A stretch of 64,000 bases of DNA from Patescibacteria group bacterium UBA4787 (lineage in GTDB: Bacteria > Patescibacteriota > Patescibacteriia > UBA2591 > UBA4787), in contig DHGX01000001.1 in NCBI GenBank assembly GCA_002402995.1, positions 85,625-149,624 on the forward strand, read 5' to 3'. The translations under genes were made by a program, and so were the position numbers. Every line of letters starts with the position of its first letter. Positions within the stretch are counted from its first letter, which is position 1. The notes beneath the pieces were generated by a model. That model was given only the letters and a program-made list of their open reading frames with translations. It did no database searches and was not told the origin of the DNA. Positions 36,546 through 46,582 of this stretch are shown one piece after another.

Positions 36546-38081
36546 ATGATTGCTAAACTTTTATCATCGGTTACCATTGGTTTGGATGCCAAAGCTGTAG
36601 AAATTGAAGTGGATGCCAGTCATGGCTTTCCGTGTTTTAATATTGTCGGCTTAGGCGACAAAGCCGTAGAGGAATCAAAAGAGCGGGTGCGATCCGCTAT
36701 TCATAATTCAGGATTTAAATTTCCTTCTCAAAAAAGATTGGTGATTAATCTGGCGCCAGCGGACATTAAAAAAGAAGGCACGATTTATGACTTGCCAATC
36801 GCGCTGGGCATTTTGATGGCTTCCGGACAGATTGACGAAAAATTATTGCCTAAAAATTCCATTTTCTTGGGAGAATTGGCTTTAAGCGGCGATTTGCGCC
36901 ATACGCGATCTGTTTTACCGATAATTCTTTTTGCTAAACAGCGTAAGATTAAGAACGTTTTTTTGCCCGAAGCCAATTTGAATGAAGCCCGGCTTGTTGA
37001 GGGCTTGAATGTTTATCCTCTAGAATCCCTTAATCATTTATTGGGTCATATTTCAAAAAGCCGATTAATCGAAGTGATCGAAAGCAAGGGGGCAGAAATT
37101 TCTCCGCGAACCGATTTTGAATTTGACTTCGCCTTTATCAAAGGACAAGAACATGTAAAACGAGCCATGGAGATTGCTGCCGCGGGTGGACATAATATTT
37201 TGATGACTGGCGCGCCAGGTTCCGGTAAAACTTTGTTGGCGCGCGCTATACCCTCCATTCTTCCGCTCTTGACCAAAGAAGAAATTCTAGAAATTACAAA
37301 AATTTACAGCATCTCCGGGTTATTGTCTGATGACCAGCCGCTAATTTTGGAGCGCCCGTTTCGCGCTCCGCATCATACGATTTCTGATGTAGCGATGGTG
37401 GGTGGCGGAACAAGTCCGCGTCCTGGTGAAGTGAGTTTGGCGCACCGCGGCGTTTTATTTCTGGACGAATTTCCTGAATTTTCTCGAGCCACGCTAGAAA
37501 GTTTGCGCCAGCCGTTAGAGGACGGTATAATCTCTGTTTCGCGCATTAAATTTAACATCAATTATCCGGCCAGATTTATTTTGGTCGCGGCTCAAAATCC
37601 TTGCCCCTGCGGTTATTTCGGCGATAAAAAGAAAAATTGCATTTGTTCTCCGGCGCAAATTATGCGTTATCGCCAAAAAATTTCCGGACCGCTACTGGAT
37701 CGCATTGATTTGCACGTGGAAGTGCCGCGCTTAGAATACAAAGAAATCGCCCAAGAAGCCGCGACAGAAGGTTCGGTCAGCGTTAGGGAAAGAGCGCAAA
37801 AAGCGCGCGATTTACAGCAAAATCGTTTTGATAAGCTTAATATTTTAACTAACGCGGAGATTAAAGCCGCGCAGATAGAGAAGTTTTGTTCTTTGAGCGC
37901 TGAAGCCAGGGAAATTTTGAAACGGGCGGTCGAAAGTTATGGTTTATCCGGTCGGGCTATTCATCGTTTGATGAAAGTTGGCCGCACTATTGCTGATTTG
38001 GCGCAAAGCGAAGAAATTTTGCCTCAACATTTGGCCGAAGCCATACAATATCGAGCCAAAACAGAAGAAAATAATCTCTAA
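36546..38081 (+). CDS. comM: YifB/ComM Mg-chelatase-like AAA ATPase
   Basis: ESKERVRSAI, NLAPADIKKEG, GAPGSGKT, RPFRAPHH, LAHRGVLFLDE, NPCPCG, SGPLLDRID. Confidence 0.92.
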   Translation: MIAKLLSSVTIGLDAKAVEIEVDASHGFPCFNIVGLGDKAVEESKERVRSAIHNSGFKFPSQKRLVINLAPADIKKEGTIYDLPIALGILMASGQIDEKLLPKNSIFLGELALSGDLRHTRSVLPIILFAKQRKIKNVFLPEANLNEARLVEGLNVYPLESLNHLLGHISKSRLIEVIESKGAEISPRTDFEFDFAFIKGQEHVKRAMEIAAAGGHNILMTGAPGSGKTLLARAIPSILPLLTKEEILEITKIYSISGLLSDDQPLILERPFRAPHHTISDVAMVGGGTSPRPGEVSLAHRGVLFLDEFPEFSRATLESLRQPLEDGIISVSRIKFNINYPARFILVAAQNPCPCGYFGDKKKNCICSPAQIMRYRQKISGPLLDRIDLHVEVPRLEYKEIAQEAATEGSVSVRERAQKARDLQQNRFDKLNILTNAEIKAAQIEKFCSLSAEAREILKRAVESYGLSGRAIHRLMKVGRTIADLAQSEEILPQHLAEAIQYRAKTEENNL

Positions 38082-38113
38082 TTCTATATTCTATATTCTA
38101 AATTCTAACTACT

Positions 38114-38695
38114 ATGATTCGAGAAGAAGCTTTAAAAATTTTAAACGAAAAAGTAAAAACGTCTAATTTAATAAAACATTGTTTAGCGGTGGAAGCCGTG
38201 ATGGTGGAATTGGCGAATTATTTTTCCACCCAAAGCGGATTCGTCACAGACGGAAAGGAAGACAGAGATAAATGGGCCTTGGCTGGTTTGTTGCACGATA
38301 TTGATTATGAAGAAACCAAGGATGAACCGGAACAGCATAGTTTGAAAGGCGCGCAATTTTTAGAATCATTGGGCCTAGAACCAGAAATCGTTTCCGCGGT
38401 GAAAAAACATAATAACGTCCACGGTTTGACGCGTGAAACAAAAATGGAAAAAGCTTTATTCTGCGCGGATCCCATCACAGGTTTGATCGTGGCCGCTACA
38501 TTAGTATTGACGGATAAGAAAATTAGCGTTTTAACCCCGGATAATGTTTTAAATCGTTTTAAGGAAAAGGGTTTTGCCAAAGGCGCGAATCGCGAACATA
38601 TTGCGGCTTGCAGTGAATTGGATTTAAACTTGGAGCAGTTTATCACTCTGTCGCTTTCAGCTATGCAAAAGATTTCCGGCGAAATTGGGTTGTAG
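38114..38695 (+). CDS. HDIG/HD-domain hydrolase
   Basis: LIKHCLAVEAVM, GLLHDIDY, D.ITGLI, KGFAKGANR. Confidence 0.88.
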   Translation: MIREEALKILNEKVKTSNLIKHCLAVEAVMVELANYFSTQSGFVTDGKEDRDKWALAGLLHDIDYEETKDEPEQHSLKGAQFLESLGLEPEIVSAVKKHNNVHGLTRETKMEKALFCADPITGLIVAATLVLTDKKISVLTPDNVLNRFKEKGFAKGANREHIAACSELDLNLEQFITLSLSAMQKISGEIGL

Positions 38696-38850
38696 GCATA
38701 TATAATATCAAATAAATTTTAGAACTTAGGCTTGACAAAAGTCAAAAAATCCGCTACAATCCAATTTAGATCATTAACATTCCTGTTGAATCTGTCGCAA
38801 AAAGCGACGGATTTTTAACAGGGTAAATAAAAACCAAAAGGAGAAAAACG

Positions 38851-39660
38851 ATGAGTAAAGTCATCGGCGCAGACGCGGCCAAATTGGCTGGTTTGCAGAT
38901 CGACACGCTCCAGAAAGCGCGTGACGGCCAGATCACCCTCGAACACTGGGAATGGTTTAATAAGTTAACGAAAACAGAGCGCGATCGGCTTTGCAGAGAC
39001 GGCCATGTCGATACCAGAAGTCAGGCCAGACAAACTATCGAAGCCGTAAATAAAGTGGTATCATCTGCCCAAGAAAGATGGGCCGCTTTTGATGACCTCT
39101 TCGATCGCCAGATTCAAACCCTGCGCGACCGGGGCTGTCCCAGCCAGGTATTGGCCATGCTCATCAGTCAGAAACCCCAGGTGCTGGCCAAAGCTTCGAC
39201 CATGACCTTCAAGGAAGGTCGCATCCCGTTCCTGTCAATCATCCCGTTCTCTGCACTCAATCTCTCGACCCAGATGTCCATGGTCAGAAATGGAAACCAG
39301 TCCGGCATCAGCTGTCTCGACACCAACGAGATCAAGGACATCGTCTCCACGCCTGTCCAGCCCTATTTCATCTTTGACGTGGAAGACGGCGAAGGCATGT
39401 TGGGCCGGTCCGTTCTGAAAGCCACTGAACTCATCAAGAGCCAGAACCGTTCCCCCTTAACCGCTGCCGAGGTCATCAGTCTCGGCATCCAGGCCAAGGC
39501 GCTGTCCAAGCGCTACGTGGACGCCGCTGGCTCCCGCTACAGGAACGACGACCGCGCCCCGTTTCTGTGCCTCGACGTCAGTCGGCCGGGACTCGGCTGG
39601 AACGGCGTCGACAGCTCGTTCAGCGAGTGTGGCTCGGCATCGTGCGGTAGTCGGTCCTAG
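38851..39660 (+). CDS. DUF5701-like protein, candidate DGR variable (target) protein
   Basis: RSPLT..E, GSRY...R.P.L......P.LGW......GSASC C-terminus; GC-rich 3' end with many NNC codons; own promoter (TTGACA 38732, TACAAT 38755) and SD. Confidence 0.7.
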   Translation: MSKVIGADAAKLAGLQIDTLQKARDGQITLEHWEWFNKLTKTERDRLCRDGHVDTRSQARQTIEAVNKVVSSAQERWAAFDDLFDRQIQTLRDRGCPSQVLAMLISQKPQVLAKASTMTFKEGRIPFLSIIPFSALNLSTQMSMVRNGNQSGISCLDTNEIKDIVSTPVQPYFIFDVEDGEGMLGRSVLKATELIKSQNRSPLTAAEVISLGIQAKALSKRYVDAAGSRYRNDDRAPFLCLDVSRPGLGWNGVDSSFSECGSASCGSRS

Positions 39661-39718
39661 GGTTTTGGAGCCTTGGGCCTTTCGGTCTTCTTGGTCTTTG
39701 GTTTTTTGGAAATTCAGA

Positions 39719-39757
39719 AAGCCCCAACACAAAAAAGTGTTGGGGCTTCTTTTTTTG
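39719..39757 (+). terminator. Hairpin after the candidate DGR target (terminator and/or DGR cis hairpin)
   Basis: AAGCCCCAACAC-AAAAAA-GTGTTGGGGCTT followed by a T run. Confidence 0.75.
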
Positions 39758-39999
39758 GCTTCGCCCCGCAGAGAAAATGAATATTTTCAGATAAGCCAAT
39801 CGACTGATTGGCTGATTCATTTTCTTCGGGGTTGACAAAAATATTTTATTTTGTTATTATTTTATTATCAAGCGAGTGAGAGAAGAACAAATCTGTTTGT
39901 TCTTCCGAGCGAGCACGGATAACACAGGGTTAATACCCTTTATTTGCCTTTTTGTTCTTTGCAAAAACTAAAGCCATAAACCCAAAACAGGAGAAAGAG

Positions 40000-40422
40000 A
40001 TGGTGTTTAAAAGCTATCAACAAATCTTGAAAGCCAAAAGTTTTATTCAAAAAATGCGGCTTGAAACAAGATCCGCCTGTTTGCAATATCGCCGCGTTAT
40101 GAAAAAGAAGGCGATTAATGTCTTGTCCTCGCTCAACAACCTAGAGCGCGATTTAATAGCCCGTAGCCAGCACCTGATTCATCAGGAACAGAAATCTCTC
40201 GAACGCATTATCGGACAAACGACAAAAGACAGCGAGGCGCTCAAGAGTAAAAATTGTCCTGATTTCGCGGCTATAGAAAATCGACTGATTAGTCAGGTCG
40301 GTGAATTAACAGTTAAGACCAAGGAACAGCTGTTGCCCATCCAGCGACAAATCGAGGAAATCGAAAGCCTTAAAAGGCAAATCGGGTTTTTAACCGGATT
40401 GAAAAGAATGCGACGCGCTTAA
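40000..40422 (+). CDS. Hypothetical coiled-coil protein
   Basis: SD CAGGAG before ATG 40000; helical composition. Confidence 0.6.
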   Translation: MVFKSYQQILKAKSFIQKMRLETRSACLQYRRVMKKKAINVLSSLNNLERDLIARSQHLIHQEQKSLERIIGQTTKDSEALKSKNCPDFAAIENRLISQVGELTVKTKEQLLPIQRQIEEIESLKRQIGFLTGLKRMRRA

Positions 40423-40782
40423 TCAGCGCGTTTTATTATCAAGCGAGCGAGAGAAACGAGAAACGAAGTTTTTTATTTCCGACCACGCCCGACTTCGCCT
40501 TGAGTGATTTTTAAAAACAGTCTTTCTAAACTAATATTTGCGGGGGGGTTCGGTACTTCGCTATTACTGCGCGGAACGGCGAACTCAAGGCGGGCGGGGC
40601 GAGCGCAGATAACACAGGGTTAATATCCTTTATGCCGCGTCAGAATTTATATTTTGGCGCGGTTTTCATTTAAATTAAATCAGTCCTGGTTTGCGAGATT
40701 TATAATCTTGTTTTTATCATTTAAATCGGCTAAAATATAAGTCTAAGATGTTCAGCTTATCTAACAGTGTAAATATGAATTT

Positions 40783-41034
40783 ATGCAAGATTTTTTGGTT
40801 CAATATTACAACTGGATTATCTTTTTGGTCGGTGTTTGGGTTTTGCCCTGGAAGGGTATGGCTTTATGGAAAGCGGCTCACCGCAACGAAAAGATTTGGT
40901 TCATCATTCTTTTAATTGTTAATACGGTTGGTTTGCTGGAAATTTTTTACATCTTTGTTTGGATTAAATTTTTGGCCAAAGAAGAAAGCGCCTGGCAAAG
41001 ATTTTGGCATAAGGTTTTTCCTAAGAAGTCATAA
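40783..41034 (+). CDS. DUF5652-family small membrane protein
   Basis: WVLPWKGMALWKAA....WFIILLIVNTVGLLEIFYIF. Confidence 0.85.
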   Translation: MQDFLVQYYNWIIFLVGVWVLPWKGMALWKAAHRNEKIWFIILLIVNTVGLLEIFYIFVWIKFLAKEESAWQRFWHKVFPKKS

Positions 41035-41043
41035 AGCGACGAG

Positions 41044-41190
41044 TATGCCAGGTAGTGAAAATTCGATAGTGCTTTTCGCTTCAGCTTACTATCTGGTTCT
41101 ATCATCAATAAAATATTGATTTTTACTACTAGTGCATTTATATTAATAACTGCACTTTTAAGAAACATCGAATTTCTACTACCTGGTATG
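41044..41190. mobile_element. Miniature inverted-repeat element family B, copy 1, at a start codon
   Basis: TATG-CCAGGTAGTGAAAATTCGAT...ATCGAATTTCTACTACCTGG-TATG; second copy at 46583-46729. Confidence 0.8.
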
Positions 41191-42333
41191 AAAACTTCGC
41201 GCCCCAAAATTTATAGTTTTTTCACCTCGAAACTTACGATCAGTGTTTTTTTTATTATCGTCGTTGTCCTTAATATTTTGGTGGCAGTGTCTATCCGTTA
41301 TTCGATTAAAGCGCAAAAATCAAGCGAAGGAGAAAATGAATTTCTTAAACGAAAAATTAATTTCGATCAACCTTTTTATGTTAAAGGAATTTATCTGTCT
41401 TCCTGGACCGCCAGCGAACCTGTTTTGTTAAATAGGCTAATTGATTTAGCAAAAAAGAATAAACTTAACGCTGTAATTATTGATTTAAAAGACTCGCACG
41501 GAATAGTGGCTTATGAAAGTTCGGTGGAAACGGTAAAAAATTTAAAAACCAGCGAACCGCGTATAAAAAATCTAAAGAGCATATTAGAGAATCTGCATAA
41601 AGAAAATTTATATGCTATCGCGCGTTTGTCGGTTTTTCAGGATCCGACTTTAGCTTCCAGTAATCCTTCGGTGGCTTTGAAAAACAAAAATACAGGAAAG
41701 ATTTGGGCCGATAATAAAGGCTTGTTTTGGGTTGATCCGGCCTCTTTAGAGGTTTGGGATTATAATATAGCTCTGGCGAAAGAAGCTTGGCTGATGGGTT
41801 TTGATGAAATTAATTTTGATTACATTCGTTTTCCCTCAGACGGCAATATTTCCAATATTAGTTATCCTATTTGGGATGGCCTGGCGCCCAAAGAGGAGAT
41901 TATTCGGCGTTTTGCCGAGTACCAAAATATCGTTCTAAGTCCGCTTAACATCACGCGTTCCGCAGATTTGTTTGGTTTAACCTTTTGGCGGGATGACGAC
42001 TTGAACATCGGGCAAAATTTATCGTTATTAATTCCTTATTTCAATTATATTTGCCCTATGGTTTATCCTTCTCATTTTCCGCCCGGATTTGAGAATTTCA
42101 CTAATCCGGCCGAACATCCTTACGAGATTGTTTTCCGCAGTTTAGCCAAAGCTAAGGAAAAATTTATTGGCCAAAACGCTTTGCCGAGACCGTGGCTACA
42201 GGCTTTTGATTTGGGCGCGGAATATGACTCGGCTAAATTAGCTAAACAAATTAAGGCTGTGGAAGACGGCAACGGTTACGGTTGGCTATTATGGAACGCC
42301 CAAAATAAATACAATGATATTTTACCCTATTAA
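41188..42333 (+). CDS. Putative glycoside hydrolase (DUF4015 family)
   Basis: VKGIYLS, NAVIIDLKD, IARLSVFQDP, GFDEINFDYIRFPSDG, PMVYPSHF, RPWLQAF, WLLWNA. Confidence 0.88.
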   Translation: MKTSRPKIYSFFTSKLTISVFFIIVVVLNILVAVSIRYSIKAQKSSEGENEFLKRKINFDQPFYVKGIYLSSWTASEPVLLNRLIDLAKKNKLNAVIIDLKDSHGIVAYESSVETVKNLKTSEPRIKNLKSILENLHKENLYAIARLSVFQDPTLASSNPSVALKNKNTGKIWADNKGLFWVDPASLEVWDYNIALAKEAWLMGFDEINFDYIRFPSDGNISNISYPIWDGLAPKEEIIRRFAEYQNIVLSPLNITRSADLFGLTFWRDDDLNIGQNLSLLIPYFNYICPMVYPSHFPPGFENFTNPAEHPYEIVFRSLAKAKEKFIGQNALPRPWLQAFDLGAEYDSAKLAKQIKAVEDGNGYGWLLWNAQNKYNDILPY

Positions 42334-42349
42334 TTTTTAAACTGAATTT

Positions 42350-42697
42350 ATGTCTCAGCGAAGACAAGAACAACTTAACGAATTGATTCAGCAAGAATTG
42401 TCACAAATTATTTTGCGCGAAGTAGAAATGCCCGAGGACTCTCTTTCAACCATTACCAACGTGGAAGTGGATAAAGATTATTTAACCGCCAAGGTGTTTT
42501 TGAGTGTCTTCCCCTTTAAGTATAGTCAACGCGTTTTAGGTAAACTGAGGAAAAAAGCAGGTTATTTGCAGTTTTTACTTAATAGAAAATTGGGCATGCG
42601 CTTGGTGCCAAAAATATTTTTTGAGCTGGATCAAACAGAAGAAAAAGCTTCAGAAATAGAAGACCTGCTTAATAAAATTTCACACTCGCCATCTTAA
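42350..42697 (+). CDS. rbfA: Ribosome-binding factor A
   Basis: RRQEQLNELIQQELS, TITNVEV..D...AKVFLS, MRLVPKIFFELD. Confidence 0.92.
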   Translation: MSQRRQEQLNELIQQELSQIILREVEMPEDSLSTITNVEVDKDYLTAKVFLSVFPFKYSQRVLGKLRKKAGYLQFLLNRKLGMRLVPKIFFELDQTEEKASEIEDLLNKISHSPS

Positions 42698-42864
42698 GCG
42701 GAATTTATTTGAATTTGAGGCATTTTCGGGGCTCGCAACTTAAGAATTGAATATTTATAGTTTTCCGCATGGTGTTTTCTGATAGTTTTGTTAGTATGTT
42801 ATAGTATCGACCAGTCAAAAAGTCGAAGCGAATAATAAATAAAATAACAAAATAATAAAAATTT

Positions 42865-44298
42865 ATGCGCCAAAAATGTAAAAAACACTCTAAAAAGGCC
42901 TTTGTTCAGATTCCGATAATCATGCTTGTTGCTTCTGTGGCTGCCTTGGGAGCTCTTCTCGTGGCTCCGGCGATAGTTAAAGTCGGGAATACGCGCTTAG
43001 CGCAAGTTGATTTGACTCAAGTCGTCGCTCCTGCTAATAATACGGAGTCTATCTCACAGGCTCAATCCATGCAGCCGGAAAAATCAATAATAATGAATCA
43101 AGGCCAGTCCGTCCAAATAGATCAGCCAATAATGCAACCAGGCACAGAACAGACTAATAGGCCGGAGATGAATTTACAAGAAATGAGGTCAGACTTTGAT
43201 CAAGAAAAACCAATTGATCCACAAGAAATTAAAAGCGTAACGCAACAATTGAAAGACATGCAGAAGGAGATTAAAAATCTTTTAACTCAACTTAAGAGTT
43301 TGCCGAAACTCGTTGATGAAGCAGCCCAGTTAAATGAAGCCCTTAGCCAGATTAATACTTTCGAACAGAACTTGAAAGATTCCTCAGTTGACACTTCTCA
43401 GAGAGAGGTGATACAGGAATTTTACGATGCTCGTTTCTGGGATACCATCCATGAGGTCAGGAACAGTTTCGTCAATCCGCGGGAAATAAAAAATGTTTTG
43501 AAACAAGCATCCGACTTGAAACAACAGATCAAAACACTTGCTATACAGGCAAAAAAATTGGCTAATTTGAGCGACGAGGTAAGTAAATTAAACGAACTTT
43601 CCGTTACGTTGGATAAATTTAAACAGGACATCAATAACCCGCCGGAGGATATGACACAGAGAGATGTTTTGCAAGAATTTTACGATGCCAGATATTGGGA
43701 CGATATTAATTCCATAAGAATGAAAATCGAATTCCCGAAACAGGTTAAACAGTTTGAGAAAGAATTATTAAGTGTGGAAAAATTATTAAAAAATAAGACG
43801 TATCAGAAAATCGCCATATTGGATATAGCGTCAATTACGAATACGGTTGCGGGTATGCGAACCACAATAAATGACGCAAAAGCTAAATTTAATAGCGGCG
43901 AAGTAGAAGACGCGATGCAATCCTTGCAGGACATTTACGGTGATTACGGTCCGGGCGACATAAATTGTGTGCTCAATTCTTTCCGTGACATTAATACCAA
44001 TTTACCAAAAGTCAAAGACGTTGAAATAAAGGCTTCGTTGCAAGATGTCATCGATCCTATAATTGAAGCAGTGAAAGACGAAGATTATCGCGGGGCTTGT
44101 CAGGGAGTAAATGAAATTAGAAATGAACTTTCTAAGATTATGCAATCAGCTTCCAGGGTTAAGTCTACGCTCGACACGAAAACTAGGCAGAAATTGGATA
44201 ACTTACAGCAATTAATAGATAAAAAGTTTGGCGGACAAGACAATAATGCGCCTCAAGATCAGATGAAATCACAAGAAATGAAACCGCAAGAGCAATAA
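42865..44298 (+). CDS. Membrane-anchored helical protein with an internal duplication
   Basis: N-terminal TM; repeat of about 80 aa (PQEIKSV..QREVIQEFYDARFWD / PREIKNV..QRDVLQEFYDARYWD). Confidence 0.75.
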   Translation: MRQKCKKHSKKAFVQIPIIMLVASVAALGALLVAPAIVKVGNTRLAQVDLTQVVAPANNTESISQAQSMQPEKSIIMNQGQSVQIDQPIMQPGTEQTNRPEMNLQEMRSDFDQEKPIDPQEIKSVTQQLKDMQKEIKNLLTQLKSLPKLVDEAAQLNEALSQINTFEQNLKDSSVDTSQREVIQEFYDARFWDTIHEVRNSFVNPREIKNVLKQASDLKQQIKTLAIQAKKLANLSDEVSKLNELSVTLDKFKQDINNPPEDMTQRDVLQEFYDARYWDDINSIRMKIEFPKQVKQFEKELLSVEKLLKNKTYQKIAILDIASITNTVAGMRTTINDAKAKFNSGEVEDAMQSLQDIYGDYGPGDINCVLNSFRDINTNLPKVKDVEIKASLQDVIDPIIEAVKDEDYRGACQGVNEIRNELSKIMQSASRVKSTLDTKTRQKLDNLQQLIDKKFGGQDNNAPQDQMKSQEMKPQEQ

Positions 44299-44392
44299 AG
44301 ATGATTAAAAGATATCAAATCCCGGGCACTAAAAATGTCCGGGATTTGTTTTTTGTTGACCTTTTCTCCTTATTTTGTAGAATAAAACAATT

Positions 44393-45778
44393 ATGTCTAA
44401 TGTTATTATTGATAAGCAAAAAATCGAAGAATTATTGACGCGCGGCGTGGAAAATATTTACCCGAACCGTGATTTCTTAGAAAAACTCTTGTATTCCAGA
44501 AAACGTTTAACTCTATATACGGGCTACGATCCAACAGCGCCAACCCTGCATATTGGCCATAGCATTACTATGCTAAAACTACGTCAATTTCAAGGATTGG
44601 GCCATAAAGTAATTATGCTTATTGGAGATTTTACCGGCATGATCGGCGATCCTACGGATAAAACCGCGACTCGCAAGCAGCTCACGCGCAAACAGGTATT
44701 GGAAAATTGTAAGGAATATAAAAAACAAGCGTCTGCAATTTTAGATTTTAAGGGCAAGAATCCGGTTGAATTGAAATATAACAGTAAATGGCTGGCGAAA
44801 ATGAATTTTGCCGAGGTTTTGGAGTTAGCTTCGCATTTTACGGTTCAGCGAATGTTAGAAAGAGATATGTTTGAAAAAAGAATGCTTATAACTTATGCGC
44901 GTTGTCGTAAATGTAATGATTTGTTTAAACCAAAAATTCAATTTAGCACGAAAGAAGCTTTTGATACAGCTCTTCCAATAATTATTTCTACTAATTGTCA
45001 AATTTGCGGAGAAAGAACGGTGGTCGAAAAAAAAGATTTAATTTTAGCGGAGTTGGAGTCGCCAGCCCCAATTTATCTCCATGAATTTTTATATCCTGTC
45101 ATGCAGGCCTACGATTCGGTAATAATGGATGTTGATGGTGAGGTCGGCGGCAACGACCAGACTTTTAATATGTTGGCCGGTCGGACATTAATGAAAGAAT
45201 TAAAAAACAAAGAAAAATTTGTTTTGACTACTAAACTTTTAACTGACACAAGCGGTAAAAAAATGGGCAAAAGCGAAGGCAATATGATTGCTTTGTCTGG
45301 CTCGCCTCAAGAGATGTTCGGTAAGGTAATGAGTTGGTCAGACGATTTGATTGTCAACGGTTTTATTCTATGTACCCGCTTGCCGGAGTCGGAAATTAAA
45401 AAATTAGAACAAGACTTAAAAAGCGGCGTCAATCCAAGAAATCTAAAAATTAAATTAGCCGGAGAAATTGTTAAAATTTACTACGGAGATAAAGCGGCCA
45501 ATTCGGCTGAAGAAAATTTCAATAAAATTTTCAGAGAGCATTTGATACCCGAAGATATAAAAACAGAAAAAATTAATCGAGGTAATCATAAGTTGATTGA
45601 TTTAATCTTTGATTATAGATTGGTTTCCAGCAAAGCAGAAGCGCGAAGATTAATTGAACAGGGAGGTGTGGAAATTAATCAAAATATCATTAAAGATTGG
45701 CAGGCGATTGTAAATATTGAATTACCTCAAATTATAAAGGCGGGGAAAAGAAGGTTTTTAAGACTTGACCCCAAATAA
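44393..45778 (+). CDS. tyrS: Tyrosine--tRNA ligase with an inserted CxxC-CxxC segment
   Basis: GYDPTAPTLHIGH, IGDFTGMIGDP, EFLYPVMQAYD, GGNDQTFN, KMGKS, C-terminal S4 domain. Confidence 0.96.
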   Translation: MSNVIIDKQKIEELLTRGVENIYPNRDFLEKLLYSRKRLTLYTGYDPTAPTLHIGHSITMLKLRQFQGLGHKVIMLIGDFTGMIGDPTDKTATRKQLTRKQVLENCKEYKKQASAILDFKGKNPVELKYNSKWLAKMNFAEVLELASHFTVQRMLERDMFEKRMLITYARCRKCNDLFKPKIQFSTKEAFDTALPIIISTNCQICGERTVVEKKDLILAELESPAPIYLHEFLYPVMQAYDSVIMDVDGEVGGNDQTFNMLAGRTLMKELKNKEKFVLTTKLLTDTSGKKMGKSEGNMIALSGSPQEMFGKVMSWSDDLIVNGFILCTRLPESEIKKLEQDLKSGVNPRNLKIKLAGEIVKIYYGDKAANSAEENFNKIFREHLIPEDIKTEKINRGNHKLIDLIFDYRLVSSKAEARRLIEQGGVEINQNIIKDWQAIVNIELPQIIKAGKRRFLRLDPK

Positions 45779-45802
45779 ATTTTGTGTTAATATGTTGATA
45801 TT

Positions 45803-46114
45803 ATGTTAGCTATTAGATTTTCAAGACACGGGAAAAAAAATCAACCATTTTTTAGGATCGTTGTATCCGAAAAAGCCAAAGATCCAGTGGGAGATTTTTT
45901 AGAAGACTTAGGTTTTTATAACCCTCGTTCCAAAGAAGTTTCTTTTAAAAAAGAAAGAATTTTGCATTGGATCGGTTGTGGCGCTAAACCGAGCGCGACG
46001 GTTCACAATCTTCTGCTTAAACACGGCGTCACTACAGGTGAAAGAATTAAAGTAATGCGTCGTCACAAAAAAGACCAAGAGGAAAAAGAAGCCGCGCCGG
46101 CGCCAGCTGCTTAA
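45803..46114 (+). CDS. rpsP: 30S ribosomal protein S16
   Basis: MLAIRFSRHGKKNQPFFRIVV, LGFYNP, GAKPSATV. Confidence 0.96.
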   Translation: MLAIRFSRHGKKNQPFFRIVVSEKAKDPVGDFLEDLGFYNPRSKEVSFKKERILHWIGCGAKPSATVHNLLLKHGVTTGERIKVMRRHKKDQEEKEAAPAPAA

Positions 46115-46206
46115 TATGCTTTATCTTTAAAATAAAGAAAGGTCGGATGAATTAAAAAATTATACTGGCATACTTTTGCGTGTCAGATAATAAACACAAA
46201 AAGAAT

Positions 46207-46512
46207 ATGGCTGCTAAGAATTCAGATCAAGAGTTTCTTGAGAATCTCGTTACTGCGCTTGTTAACAATCCTAAGGATGTTAAAATTGAGCGCCATGTTG
46301 ACGAGATGGGTGTTTTACTCACCATGAAAGTTAATCCCGCGGATATGGGCCAAATTATTGGCCGCGAGGGACAAACTGCTCGTGCCATTCGTACCCTTTT
46401 AAGATTAGTGGGCATGAAGAATAAAGCTCGCGTTAATCTTAAAATTGAGGAGCCGGAAGGCGGGAGAATGATGAAACCATCTACTTCAATTGACGAAGAT
46501 TTAAAAATTTAA
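46207..46512 (+). CDS. khpA: KH-domain RNA-binding protein KhpA (UPF0109)
   Basis: LVNNPKDV, DMGQIIGREGQTARAIRTLL; rpsP-khpA-trmD synteny. Confidence 0.92.
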   Translation: MAAKNSDQEFLENLVTALVNNPKDVKIERHVDEMGVLLTMKVNPADMGQIIGREGQTARAIRTLLRLVGMKNKARVNLKIEEPEGGRMMKPSTSIDEDLKI

Positions 46513-46582
46513 ACCTTGTTATTTATAATTAAAGGTTAGTAAAATCGCTCCATTGGAGCGATTTTACTTTCCGTTTTAAATA

